Assembly (NCBI GenBank): GCA_963823655.1
Contig: CAWGMK010000006.1
Location: 1-64,000 of the forward strand
DNA from: an uncultured Bacillota bacterium
Lineage (GTDB): Bacteria; Bacillota; DTU025; MWDF01
Direction: 5' to 3'
DNA length: 64,000 nucleotides
Of the stretch, positions 12,895-22,592 are shown in pieces (the first letter of the stretch is position 1; each line of letters starts with the position of its first letter). The notes under the pieces are model-generated. The model was not told where the DNA came from and made no database searches. It was given only the letters and a program-made list of their open reading frames with translations. A program made the position numbers and the translations under genes.

Positions 12895-13004
12895 AAAAAA
12901 TAGTGATTACTTTTATGACGGAGAAACCATGAATGGAAACGGACATACCACACTTGAGCAGGTCAAGGCATTGATAGAAACCATCCTAGAGGGGGTAGTG
13001 GATC

Positions 13005-13195
13005 TGGATGGCTTCACGACATATACATGGCTGAACGAGCAGGGCTTCCCGCTTATGAAGTAGGACGTACTGCATATAGCTCGCACAATAACATTTTCGG
13101 CCGAGATTCCGATGCTCTGGGATTGGCTCGAGCACTGGTCGCTCAAAGATGGTGTACGCTACTACAACGTGACCAGCCCTGTACCCGTAAAGTAG
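13005..13195 (+). CDS. C-terminal fragment of a probable esterase / PHB-depolymerase-like alpha/beta hydrolase
   Basis: Reconstructed FTTYTWLNEQGFPLMK..RTAYSSHNN..AEIPMLWDWLEHWSLKDGVRYYN; His...W-D-W/F ending resembles that family; stop TAG 13193-13195. Confidence 0.4.
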
Positions 13196-13215
13196 ATCAA
13201 CAATTCTGTATAGGT

Positions 13216-13248
13216 CTGCGGGCTGGAGGTTAAACTTCAGGCCCGCAG
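13216..13248 (+). terminator. Intergenic stem-loop
   Basis: CTGCGGGCTGGAG...CTTCAGGCCCGCAG inverted repeat; no U-tract. Confidence 0.45.
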
Positions 13249-13282
13249 GCTCAAAGAAACATTATTCTGGGGAGGTAGGACA

Positions 13283-15367
13283 ATGTTAAGAAGCACATCG
13301 AAGAAGGCATGCTTGTTGCTCGTATTTGCGATGCTGCTCACAGTGGCGTTCGGCGGATTGACCGCCAGCCGCGAGCTGACCAGGGCCGAATTCGTAGCCA
13401 TGATCTCCGATTATTTCGCCTGGCCGCATCCGAGCGAGTACAACGATATATGGAAGACGCCGCTTGATGCCGTTTGCCGACGTCAAGACCGAGGACAAGT
13501 ACGGCAAGCAGATAGAAGTAGCTTTAGAAGAGGGGCTGATCGCACCCGACGCACTCGGCAACTTCGAACCCAATGCGAAGATGACAAGGCAGGATGCAGC
13601 TGTCATATTCGCCAAGGCGTTCATGGTAGCCGCAGCAGGCGACGACGTGCTCGTCAACTTCACTGACTGGGATCTGGTGAAGACTTCTGCGAAACCTTAC
13701 GTAAAGGCCCTTTTCAAGGAAGGGTACATGATAGGCAGGTCGGAGTCGGTATACGGCCCAGAGGATGCCATAACCGAATTAGAAGCAACTACCGTATTCA
13801 AGAGGATTACCGGCAGCATGGTATCGCCGGTACAAGCAGTTCCTAAGCAGAACGCAGTAGCCCCAAGGCGTTACGTCAAGATGTGGTGCCCGACTCCCGG
13901 AGCCGAGATCCACTATACGACGGACGGCACGGTCCCCACGGCGGCAAGCCCGGTATATACGGTTGCCACTAAGGGACACTTCAATGAAATCCTTTCAACA
14001 GCGCAGCTTCCCAGGAAGGATGTAGTATACAAGGCAGTGGCGATAAAGGCCGGCTTGGCGATAAGCCCTGTACAGACCTTCATATGGAAGCTTTACAGGC
14101 CGATAATCGACGATTTCCAGCATGATCTGATAATGGCCGAAGACGCCGACCAGCCCCGCTGTATACCGCATATACAACGACTCCGAGTCCGTCAGGGCGA
14201 TGGCGTGGTATATAGAAGGGCCCAGCAGCGGCATAGTATTCGATGCGCTGCAGACCAGCTATACGGCCAAGAACCTGAAAGAGTATGTAGACAAGAATAT
14301 GGCGACGAAGCCCTACATCCTTGTCATAGGGCACACCCATGGCGACCATGACGCCCAGCTTCCCAACTTCCTCCTGGCAGGCATCGATTGCTACGTTAAT
14401 AGGCGTGGCTGGTCCTCCCTTGGGGCTTCACTAGTTCCAATAGCAAGTCAGGCGAAGATTAAGAACGTGGATGAGGGCGACTGTATTCGATCTAGGCGGA
14501 GGAGTCGACTTCAGGGTATTCGCACTTCCCGGGCATGCAAACTGCAATATCATACTACAGGACAAGGACAACGGCTTGATCTTCGCATCTGACATCTACG
14601 GATGCACCAGGGCCGGCTCTGCCGACAACGTGGCAGTACAGCAAGTCAAGGCCGACCTGTTGCTGTCAATGGCCCAGCAAGTATACTCCGGCTATAAGAA
14701 GGACGGCGGAAAGACCACTTGGTTGTTCACCGGCCACGATGAGACACCGTTGGGAGACAACAACCTGATACTGTTCGAGAAGGCTCTTCAGCAGGTTGTA
14801 GACCTCGGCGAAGGCGGATGCTCACCGACACTGCGCGGCAACAACGACGCCCCCAACAGCCGCACGACGATAATAGGCGATATGTGGAAGGACGGGACCA
14901 ACTGGATTTCCCTTAAGCTCATAGGCATCATGGGCGATGCCTCTGAGTACCTGACTTCCGCGCCTATCAACTACAACGGCAAAGACGGTCATCTGAAGTA
15001 CTCAGTACTCAGCAATATCGAATTCCTGGGAGGAGACCTTGTGGGCACAACCCTTACTTGGAGGGCACCGGGAGCCGAGTTCACATGGGGCGGACAGAAG
15101 ATAACCATACCCAACTCCCTGCCCGACAAGCTCGACCCGTGGTTCTACGACTACAAGGTTGAAGTACCTGCCGCAAACAGCAAGATAGTAGTGACCCCGA
15201 CTGCAATGTCCAACAAGATTACGTCGATGAAGGTTAACGGCAAGCTCATCGAAAACAGGACGCCCGTTACCGTAGACGTAGTCAACGGCACAGTCATTAC
15301 GATCGAAATAGTGGCGCCTGACCATGTTACCACCAGCACCTACACATTCACGGTGGTAAAGGTCTAG
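13283..15367 (+). CDS. SLH-domain, chitobiase/Fn3-associated, MBL-fold metallo-hydrolase with C-terminal cadherin-like beta-sandwich (3 frameshifts)
   Basis: Signal peptide; SLH motifs LTRAEF, FADV, FEPNAKMTRQDAAVI; IHYTTDGTVP; GHTHGDH (HxHxDH), LPGH, ASD, TGH; C-terminal ITIEIVAPDHVTTSTYTFTV; RBS GGAGG. Confidence 0.85.
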
Positions 15368-15390
15368 CTCGAAGTACAGCAACAGACGAA

Positions 15391-15421
15391 GAAGCCCCGG
15401 CCGCTATGCGGCCGGGGCTTC
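15391..15421. terminator. Intrinsic terminator between convergent genes
   Basis: GAAGCCCCGGCCGC-TAT-GCGGCCGGGGCTTC perfect stem followed by GCTTTT. Confidence 0.85.
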
Positions 15422-15446
15422 GCTTTATAACAGGTATTCTATTGTC

Positions 15447-16259
15447 CTATGACATGCACTCTCTCATATAGTCTATGCTTTTCCTGGCTATTGTAAGAGG
15501 GTCCGGTTTGAAGTCGAATACCTCGACCGACACGTATCCTTGATATCTACTCTCTTTCAAAGCCTTCATAATCGGCCTGAAGTCTACAGCCCCGAAGCCG
15601 GGCCCCTTAAGGTTTGCGTCATTTGCGTGGAAGTGCCCGAACCTTCCTGCGTACTTCTTTATCATCCCCGCGGGATCGTCCGTCTCCGCGCACATGCTCT
15701 TCACATCTAGCATGAAGCTGATACCGGGGCTTGCCGCTAATTGTGCAATCCTTGCTGCCTCAGCTGCCGTCTCCATCATATTCGTCATCGATGAGGGGAG
15801 GGGCTCCACACAGAAAAGCACACCTCTTTGGGCAGCCCTTTCTCCCACCCGTCTCAGGACATTGATGAAAGCATCCTCGGCTTTTTCACGGTCATAGCCC
15901 TCGGGAATGCTCCTTTGTGCCGGGGATCCGAAAGTCATCACTTTTCCGCCTATGTCCGCGCAGAAGTCCACCTGGCTTAGAAGGTAATCAGCTGTGAATG
16001 CCCTAACATCCGCGTCAGGGGAGAACAAGCCCATGCCCAAGGGCTTCACGAGGAGCCAGTGGGTGCCTACGACCTCCAGGCCGCATTCTTTGGCAGTCTG
16101 GGCGATTGCGGCCCTCTCATGTGAGGAAATATGCCGGACATCGTCCTTGAACGTGTAGGGGGCCACCTCGATGCCGTCGTAGCCCAATTCCTTCGCCGCT
16201 TTGCACACGTCGGACCAAGCCCAATCCTCGAACATCTCATTGCAGAAGGCGAACTTCAA
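15447..16259 (-). CDS. Sugar phosphate isomerase/epimerase (xylose-isomerase-like TIM barrel, D-psicose/tagatose 3-epimerase-like)
   Basis: GYDGIEVAP, CVEPL, MLDVKSM, HFHANDANLKGPGFG, VSVEVF. Confidence 0.88.
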   Translation of the reverse strand: MKFAFCNEMFEDWAWSDVCKAAKELGYDGIEVAPYTFKDDVRHISSHERAAIAQTAKECGLEVVGTHWLLVKPLGMGLFSPDADVRAFTADYLLSQVDFCADIGGKVMTFGSPAQRSIPEGYDREKAEDAFINVLRRVGERAAQRGVLFCVEPLPSSMTNMMETAAEAARIAQLAASPGISFMLDVKSMCAETDDPAGMIKKYAGRFGHFHANDANLKGPGFGAVDFRPIMKALKESRYQGYVSVEVFDFKPDPLTIARKSIDYMRECMS

Positions 16260-17134
16260 GCAATCAGCCCCTTCTCCCTCATGATCCTGTTCCAGGCCTC
16301 AAGGCATTCGATCGATGCTTCCTCTCCGCCTTCGGAGAAGGCATAGCCGCCTGGCCTGTGAAGAAGCTCGGTCGAGATGGCCGAGACCTTCCTGTAATGC
16401 GTCTCAAGGGATGTCCACCCCTCATATCCATCATTTGCGAGCCTTACGAAGAGGTCGGGGAAGCCGACTTCGCCGTCTCCGATTACGACGGCTTCAGGCT
16501 GGCCCGATGCCGCCTTACGCACGATGTCCTTTACGTGCACATGCTTGATCCAGGGCTTAATCCTTTCATAGCCGTCGGGGAAGGGCCTCTCGCCCTCCGG
16601 GTCATATATGTTGTTGCCCGGGTCGTACAGCGCCTGTATGTGCTCGGAGGCAACCTGCTTTAGGATTACTTCTAGCTTCTGTGTCGTGCCCGCCGATGTA
16701 GCGGGGTCGTATTCGATGACCAGCTGCATATCCTTCTTTGAAAGCAGCTTCTCGGCGGCCCTGAGCTTCTCGACTATTACCGGCACGCTCTCCAGGAAAT
16801 CCCCCTCGGCCCAGAAAGTGAAGCCCCTAATGAGCTTTGCGCCGAGCTGCTCTGCCATGTACATGCATCTTTTCAGGATTGCCAGGTGAGCTTCGAACTC
16901 CGACTGTGAATGAAGCTTGCACTTGAATATTGGGCCCGCCACGCAGGGCATCTGCATGCCGCGCGCGTCCAGCGCCCTTCTTATGTCGGCTACCTGTGCG
17001 TCGTCAAGCTCCTGCGGAGGCTTTCCCCACACAGAGCGGATCTCCGCCCCGTCCATCCCGAAGCGCGACATGACATCCAGCGCGCGGCCCAGGTCCTGGG
17101 ATATCTCGTCGGTCATTACCGCCCTTTTGAACAT
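16256..17134 (-). CDS. Sugar phosphate isomerase/epimerase (AP-endonuclease-2 TIM barrel)
   Basis: MTDEISQD, EIRSVWGK, YDPGN, HVHVKD, IGDGEV, SLETH. Confidence 0.88.
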   Translation of the reverse strand: MFKRAVMTDEISQDLGRALDVMSRFGMDGAEIRSVWGKPPQELDDAQVADIRRALDARGMQMPCVAGPIFKCKLHSQSEFEAHLAILKRCMYMAEQLGAKLIRGFTFWAEGDFLESVPVIVEKLRAAEKLLSKKDMQLVIEYDPATSAGTTQKLEVILKQVASEHIQALYDPGNNIYDPEGERPFPDGYERIKPWIKHVHVKDIVRKAASGQPEAVVIGDGEVGFPDLFVRLANDGYEGWTSLETHYRKVSAISTELLHRPGGYAFSEGGEEASIECLEAWNRIMREKGLIA

Positions 17135-17150
17135 GAAACCCTCCTAGGCT

Positions 17151-18650
17151 TTAGCCGTCGCCTTCTTGAAAGCGCCTTTGATAAGTCCCGGCAATAGGGC
17201 TTCTGGAAATGATGACAAGAAGCGTGAAAGCCCAGAGTACGAGGCAAATCGGGCGCGTGAAGAACGGGATAATGCTCCCGCTTCTTAGTATCAAGCCGCG
17301 GCGCAGGTTCTCATCCGCCATGGGGCCCAGTATGAAGCCGAGCACAAGTGGCGCTGCCGGGAAGTTGTTGCCCCTTAGCATATAGCCGAGCACTCCGAAT
17401 ATTATCATCAGGTAAACATCGAACAGCCTGCCGTTGATGGCGTAAGAGCCCACTGCACAGAGCACGAAAATGATTGGCATGAGTATCGTGCGGGGCACCT
17501 GCAGAACTCTAACTAGGGGCCTTGCCATTGCCAGGCCCAGGATGGTCATGCTTATCGTCGCCAGGAAGAATATCGCGGTGACTGTCGCTATGAATTGCGG
17601 CTGCTCGATTGGAAGCAGGGGGCCGGGCCTTATCCCGTGCAGCCACATCGCGGCAAGCAACACGGCCGCGGGGGCGCTGCCGGGAATGGCAAGCGTTAAA
17701 ACAGGGATGATCGCGCCGCCTATACAGGCATTGTTGCCCGTCTCGGCCGCAATCAGGCCATCGTAGGAGCCCTTGCCGAACTGTTCCGGGGTCTTGCTGG
17801 CTCGCTTGGCGAAGTCATATGAGACCCATGCCGCAGTATCCTCGCCGACACCAGGTATGGCGCCGATGATGACTCCGATGACACCGGAGCGTATGATGGT
17901 CTTCCAATACTTGAAGATGTCCTTCAGCTCGGGGATGATCCTTCCTACCTTGGATCTTACTGAGTAGTCCATGGGCAATTTCATCACGCCGATTATCTCG
18001 GATACGCCATAGACGCCGACTAGCACTGGGATGAGGGAAAGCCCGCCCGTTAGGTCCACCGTCCCAAGTGTGAACCTCGGATAGGCGCCGATCAATTCTT
18101 GGCCGATCTGCGCCAGCAGCAGCCCCAGAAGCCCTGCTATCCACCCCTTGAGAGGGTCTTTGGGGGCCGTCAGGTTGCCGCATATGACAATACCGAAGAT
18201 GGCCAGGACGAAGAACTCCCACGATTTGAAGCTCAAGGCGATGCCGCCGAGCATAGGGGAGAAGATCGCCAGGCAAACGAGGCCGAAGAACGTGCCGATT
18301 GCAGAGGCGCCTGTCGCAAGGCCGATAGCATACCCGCCGTTGCCAGCTTTGGCCAGCGGATGTCCGTCAAGGCAGGTTGCTGCGTTAGCAGGCGTGCCCG
18401 GAATATTCAAAAGGATGGCAGAGTGCGAACCGCCGTAGACTGCTCCAACATAGACGGAGATGAGCATAACCATGACCTGGTCCGTTGCGAACCTGAAAGT
18501 CAGGCCGGTAAGAAGTGCCACGCCCATCGTTGCCGTCAAGCCTGGAAGCATACCGATGATAATGCCGAAGCCGGTGGCCCAGAAAGCGTTAAAGAGCGTT
18601 TCCGGCGTCATAAGCTTCATAAACTCGGTGAAAAATGCCATTAGATTCAT
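17151..18650 (-). CDS. tctA: Tripartite tricarboxylate transporter permease TctA
   Basis: GMLPGLTATMGVALL, YGGSHSAILLNIPGTPANAATCLDGHPLA, AAETGNNA, LTLAIPGS. Confidence 0.95.
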   Translation of the reverse strand: MNLMAFFTEFMKLMTPETLFNAFWATGFGIIIGMLPGLTATMGVALLTGLTFRFATDQVMVMLISVYVGAVYGGSHSAILLNIPGTPANAATCLDGHPLAKAGNGGYAIGLATGASAIGTFFGLVCLAIFSPMLGGIALSFKSWEFFVLAIFGIVICGNLTAPKDPLKGWIAGLLGLLLAQIGQELIGAYPRFTLGTVDLTGGLSLIPVLVGVYGVSEIIGVMKLPMDYSVRSKVGRIIPELKDIFKYWKTIIRSGVIGVIIGAIPGVGEDTAAWVSYDFAKRASKTPEQFGKGSYDGLIAAETGNNACIGGAIIPVLTLAIPGSAPAAVLLAAMWLHGIRPGPLLPIEQPQFIATVTAIFFLATISMTILGLAMARPLVRVLQVPRTILMPIIFVLCAVGSYAINGRLFDVYLMIIFGVLGYMLRGNNFPAAPLVLGFILGPMADENLRRGLILRSGSIIPFFTRPICLVLWAFTLLVIISRSPIAGTYQRRFQEGDG

Positions 18651-18672
18651 AAGGCTTACCTCCTGAAACTGC

Positions 18673-19191
18673 TCACGGCAGACGGACTATGAATATCTTC
18701 TCGAACACGAGCCAGACTGCAACAGCCGTTAAACCGCCGGTAAGGACGGCTTTAACGATTCCTCCGCCTCTAAATGCAAGAATGAAGACCGCGACGAATA
18801 TCCCCGTCGCAAGCATGTAAGGCAGCCTGCCCAGCAGGATGAATATATAGATGGATACGAGGAATATCGTAAGGACAATCCTCTTCCATTCGGGGACCGA
18901 TTTGTTGACGTTGCCCTTCTCGCTGAAGTCTTCGCTTTCATCTATCGTGGCAGCTATATCTGCTGCGGCCGCCTTCTCCAAGACTTCGTAGAAGCCCTTG
19001 GCGGTCACGGACCTGATTACCAGCACCAGCCCCGTAATTATCAGCAGAACTGAAAGGAGCAGGGGCACAAGGCCGGGAGCTGCGTAAATACCCCATTCGG
19101 ATTCCTTCCATGGCATCGCAAGGCTGCCCGCCCCGAAGGCCGCCGCCACTGCGATTATGATCAGCCCGGCATACATATCTGCACGACGCAT
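18673..19191 (-). CDS. tctB: Tripartite tricarboxylate transporter TctB
   Basis: APGLVP motif, 4-5 TM segments, C-terminal VFEKIFIVRLP; lies between tctC and tctA. Confidence 0.85.
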   Translation of the reverse strand: MRRADMYAGLIIIAVAAAFGAGSLAMPWKESEWGIYAAPGLVPLLLSVLLIITGLVLVIRSVTAKGFYEVLEKAAAADIAATIDESEDFSEKGNVNKSVPEWKRIVLTIFLVSIYIFILLGRLPYMLATGIFVAVFILAFRGGGIVKAVLTGGLTAVAVWLVFEKIFIVRLP

Positions 19192-19207
19192 GCAATCACC
19201 TCTCGGT

Positions 19208-19239
19208 CAAGGCGCGGCGAGGTTACCCGCCGCGCCTTG
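19208..19239 (-). terminator. Stem-loop downstream of tctC
   Basis: CAAGGCGCGGCG...CGCCGCGCCTTG 12-bp perfect stem. Confidence 0.6.
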
Positions 19240-19258
19240 GATGTTAAGTTATATTAGC

Positions 19259-20257
19259 TTATTTGGCCTTGGGGATACCGAAGGTGTCCGGAGACTTCTT
19301 GATTACGCCGTTTTCGAAGAGGACCCAGCAGATGAGGGATGCGGCCTGGTCGGAGATCTTGTCGGCCTCTGCGCCGTAGATGCAGACCGGCTTTGCGCCC
19401 TTGCTGATTGCGAAGTCCTTGACTGCGGCGGTGTTGCATGCGATCTTGAACGCCTCGACTATCGTCTCATTGGCGTCGGCTGGGATGTCCTTGGGGGCGA
19501 ACAGACCGAAGTAGGAGCCAACTGTCGGGAAGTTGGGGATCCAGTCGGTGATTGCGGGTATTGTGCCGTATCCTTGTACTTCAAGAGGGGTCTTGTCCAT
19601 TACTGCGAGGGCTCTGAGCTGCTTTGCCCTGAGCATCTCGACGACTTCCATGGACAGCTGCATTACGACTTCGACCTCGCCGGATACCGTTGCAGTAACT
19701 GCAGGTGCTCCGCCGGGATAGGGTACATGTGTATAAGCGAAGCCGGTGCTCGACTTGAAGAACTCAGCCGCCTGATGGCCGCCCGCGCCGACGCCCGCGG
19801 AGCCGACTGTGACCTTCCTGGTCTTCATGACGGCTAGCAGGCCGGGTATGTCTTTAATCGGGGAGTTGATACCGACGCAGATCACATTAGGTGTGAATAC
19901 TGCCAGGTAGCTGTTGTATTCCTTATGGCTGTTGGGAAGAAGCTCCATTGACTGGTAGGTGACTATGGAGTTAGTCGCGTTGCCGCTTAGCGTATAGCCG
20001 TCATGCGGCGCGTCAAACATGTTCTTGGTGCCGATTGCGCCCGAGCCGCCGGGGGTATTGGTGATGCTGATGCGCACGCCAAGGGGCTTCTCCATCTCGG
20101 AGGCCACCATGCGGGCGGTCAGGTCTGACGCTCCACCCGGGTTCCAGGGCACTATGATGTTAAGGGGCTTGCTGGGCTTCCATGCTGCCATGACGCTAAA
20201 TGCCATGATTGCGACTAGTGCGAGGGCTGCTGCGGTGCGGAAGATGGTCTTCTTCAC
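19259..20257 (-). CDS. tctC: Tripartite tricarboxylate transporter substrate-binding protein (TctC/Bug)
   Basis: IIVPWNPGGASDLTAR, NTPGGSGAIG, HVPYPGGAP; signal peptide. Confidence 0.93.
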   Translation of the reverse strand: MKKTIFRTAAALALVAIMAFSVMAAWKPSKPLNIIVPWNPGGASDLTARMVASEMEKPLGVRISITNTPGGSGAIGTKNMFDAPHDGYTLSGNATNSIVTYQSMELLPNSHKEYNSYLAVFTPNVICVGINSPIKDIPGLLAVMKTRKVTVGSAGVGAGGHQAAEFFKSSTGFAYTHVPYPGGAPAVTATVSGEVEVVMQLSMEVVEMLRAKQLRALAVMDKTPLEVQGYGTIPAITDWIPNFPTVGSYFGLFAPKDIPADANETIVEAFKIACNTAAVKDFAISKGAKPVCIYGAEADKISDQAASLICWVLFENGVIKKSPDTFGIPKAK

Positions 20258-20351
20258 TTTCTAGACAACTCCTCTCATGATTGGAATAGATGCTGATGAA
20301 ATGACATTTCCTAAGCCCATTAGGTTCCTTTCGGCGAAAGTCCCCTGATGC

Positions 20352-21398
20352 CTATAGAGGCAGCTTCACGGTAGTGCCGCTTTTCGCCGATCTATATATA
20401 CCATTTATAATTTCAACGCTCTTGCGCCCTTCCCTGCCTGAGACTATAGGTTCTCTTCCGTTTAGTATGGCCTTTACGAAATCCTCGATCTGCAGCCTGT
20501 GCCAGGTGCTGTCGGATTGCTTGGGATCCGACGCCGTGGACTGGGTTATGACGGGCGCGTAATACTTCTTGGCCTCTTCAAGTACGCCGGGGGGCGGGTT
20601 CTTGAGCTGGAAGTCCGCTATGTAGTCCCCGATTACGATCGCGCTTCCCTCAGTACCGTGGATCTCAAGCTTCATGGGGTAGCCCGGATACACCGACGTG
20701 GTGCCCTCTATTACGCCCATTGCGCCGCTTTTGAACTTGAGCACTGCGACTGCCGTGTCCTCGACTTCTATCCTGTTGTGGGCAAGGGTGCCCATGTGGG
20801 CGGTTATCTCCGAGACGTCGCCCATCATCCACTGCAGCAGGTCGACTACGTGTATGCCCTGGTTCATCAGCGCCCCGCCGCCGTCAAGCGCCCATGTTCC
20901 GCGCCACGGCGAGCCGTCGTAGTATTCCTGGCTCCTGAACCATTTGTTGTAGGCGTCGCCGAGCACCAGCTTGCCCAGGAGGCCGTCATCTACCGCCTTC
21001 TTCACGAACTTCCAGGCCGGCTTGAACCTGAACTGGAATATGCCGGAGCATTTGACCCCGGCCTCATCGCAGGCGTTCAGGATGTCGTCGATGCGCTCGA
21101 TTGTGATTTCGATGGGCTTTTCCATCAGCACGTGTTTGCCGGATTTAGCTGCTGCGACCGCAAGGTCGCGCCTGGCTCCCGACGGCGTGATGATGGAGAC
21201 CGCGTCGATGTCCTTACGGTTTATGACATCATACGGGTCCTTGTACATCTCGCACTTGAATTCCTCGCCGATGGATTTTACCCTGTCCGCTTCGGGACAG
21301 GCGACAGCTAAAAGGTGTGCTTCGGGTATTGATGAGATGGCTTCCAGGTGCATGCGGGATATGGCCCCGCAGCCGATGACCGCAAAAGTGAGAGGCAT
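20352..21398 (-). CDS. Gfo/Idh/MocA family NAD(P)-dependent oxidoreductase
   Basis: AVIGCGAIS, KHVLMEKP, WRGTWALDGGGALMNQGIHVVDLL, IEVED. Confidence 0.95.
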   Translation of the reverse strand: MPLTFAVIGCGAISRMHLEAISSIPEAHLLAVACPEADRVKSIGEEFKCEMYKDPYDVINRKDIDAVSIITPSGARRDLAVAAAKSGKHVLMEKPIEITIERIDDILNACDEAGVKCSGIFQFRFKPAWKFVKKAVDDGLLGKLVLGDAYNKWFRSQEYYDGSPWRGTWALDGGGALMNQGIHVVDLLQWMMGDVSEITAHMGTLAHNRIEVEDTAVAVLKFKSGAMGVIEGTTSVYPGYPMKLEIHGTEGSAIVIGDYIADFQLKNPPPGVLEEAKKYYAPVITQSTASDPKQSDSTWHRLQIEDFVKAILNGREPIVSGREGRKSVEIINGIYRSAKSGTTVKLPL

Positions 21399-21423
21399 AG
21401 GAAAACCCCCGTTCTACTGCAAG

Positions 21424-21474
21424 TTGACACAATTATAAAATCAATGATACATTCTGTCCAGATAAACGTTTATC
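21424..21474. promoter_or_regulatory. Overlapping divergent sigma70/SigA promoters plus LacI-type operator
   Basis: + strand TTGACA 21424-29 and TGnTACATT 21445-53; - strand TGGACA (21460-55), 17 bp, TATAAT (21437-32); perfect palindrome GATAAACGTTTATC at 21461-21474. Confidence 0.75.
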
Positions 21475-21508
21475 CATAGTCCATATAGTCACAATCTAGG
21501 CTTGGGGG

Positions 21509-22564
21509 ATGCGCTTTATGAAGACTAAATCCGCTGTTAGACCCACGCTAAGAGACGTAGCCGTGCTTTCCGGTACTTCTATTGCAACCGCATCTAATGT
21601 AATAAGCGGAAAGAAAAATAAATTCGTAAGCGAAATGTTGAGAAGAAAGGTCCTGGACGCTGCCTCCGAGCTCGGCTATACTCCCAATCAGCTGGCCCGC
21701 TCGATGAAGGGCAAAAGCAGGCGCATAATCGCCATGCTCGTCCCCGAGCTTCACAACTCGATCTACATGAGGATGGTGCAAGGAGCCGAGAAGGTGGCAA
21801 GCGAAAGGGGCTATCTGCTTCTTATCTGCTCCACGCTGGGCGATCCTGCAAAGGAACAGGGCTATGTGGACAGCCTCATGGCCGAGCAGGTGGACGGCTT
21901 CCTTCTTGCGGTATCACTTGAGGGCATGGAAGCTGTGCAGAAGCTGCAGATGCTCAACATCCCGTATGTAGTACTGGACCAGCCCTTCCCGTCGATGTTT
22001 CCTTACGACAGCGTCGCCTTCGATGGTGGCAAGGCCATAAGCCTCGCAGTAAAACACCTATACGAGAAGGGGCACAGGCGCATATGTTACATGGGCTTGG
22101 CTTCGGACGACATGGAGCACAGGCACGCGTCTTTTAGAAGGGCGTGCAACGATCTGGGGCTGGACGATGCTAAATGCCCGATACGACTCGGGCTGCTCGC
22201 GCAAGGCGAGGGGGAAAGGCTTATCAGCTCCTGCAAGGAGGCCTGTACCGCAATAGTCATAGGCTCGCATCTAATAGCGGAGGGCGTAGTAAAAGCGATG
22301 AGGAACAACGGTGTGGTCGTGCCTCAGGACGTCTCGGTGGTTATGGTGGGAAACCCCATCTGGACGGAAATCGCATCCCCGGGATTTACCGCGGTCGAGC
22401 TGCCGCATCCCGGCGTGGGCAGCATAGGCATGAAGAAGCTGCTGGACAGGATAGAAGGCTCGGATAAGCCGAAAGAGCAGCTCTGGCTCGATTGCAGCCT
22501 GGTGGAGAGGGCATCCGTCAAGAATGTGAACAGCACTGAGGGCGAGGACGGAAGGCACTATTAA
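21509..22564 (+). CDS. LacI family transcriptional regulator
   Basis: TLRDVAVLSGTSIATASNVI, LGYTPNQLARSM, VPQDVSVV, LVERAS. Confidence 0.95.
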   Translation: MRFMKTKSAVRPTLRDVAVLSGTSIATASNVISGKKNKFVSEMLRRKVLDAASELGYTPNQLARSMKGKSRRIIAMLVPELHNSIYMRMVQGAEKVASERGYLLLICSTLGDPAKEQGYVDSLMAEQVDGFLLAVSLEGMEAVQKLQMLNIPYVVLDQPFPSMFPYDSVAFDGGKAISLAVKHLYEKGHRRICYMGLASDDMEHRHASFRRACNDLGLDDAKCPIRLGLLAQGEGERLISSCKEACTAIVIGSHLIAEGVVKAMRNNGVVVPQDVSVVMVGNPIWTEIASPGFTAVELPHPGVGSIGMKKLLDRIEGSDKPKEQLWLDCSLVERASVKNVNSTEGEDGRHY

Positions 22565-22592
22565 TAGATAACAAATCCAAGGAGGGTTAAAT

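Larger units (their letters stand above)
11305..13004. other. AT-rich foreign fragment, mobile-element-like gene content, flanked by gene-interrupting junctions
   Basis: Abrupt composition change at 11305 and a subtler one near 13001; GATC at 11305-11308 and 13001-13004. Confidence 0.7.

Noticed and set aside
11305-13004. Genuine integrated element with att sites or terminal inverted repeats
   Set aside because: No integrase, transposase or terminal repeats; the two flanks appear to come from different organisms and genes are cut at both ends.
13061-13063. In-frame TAG inside the hydrolase fragment (stop recoding or pyrrolysine)
   Set aside because: Better explained by two compensating indels in an error-rich stretch; TAG acts as a normal stop in many genes of this segment.
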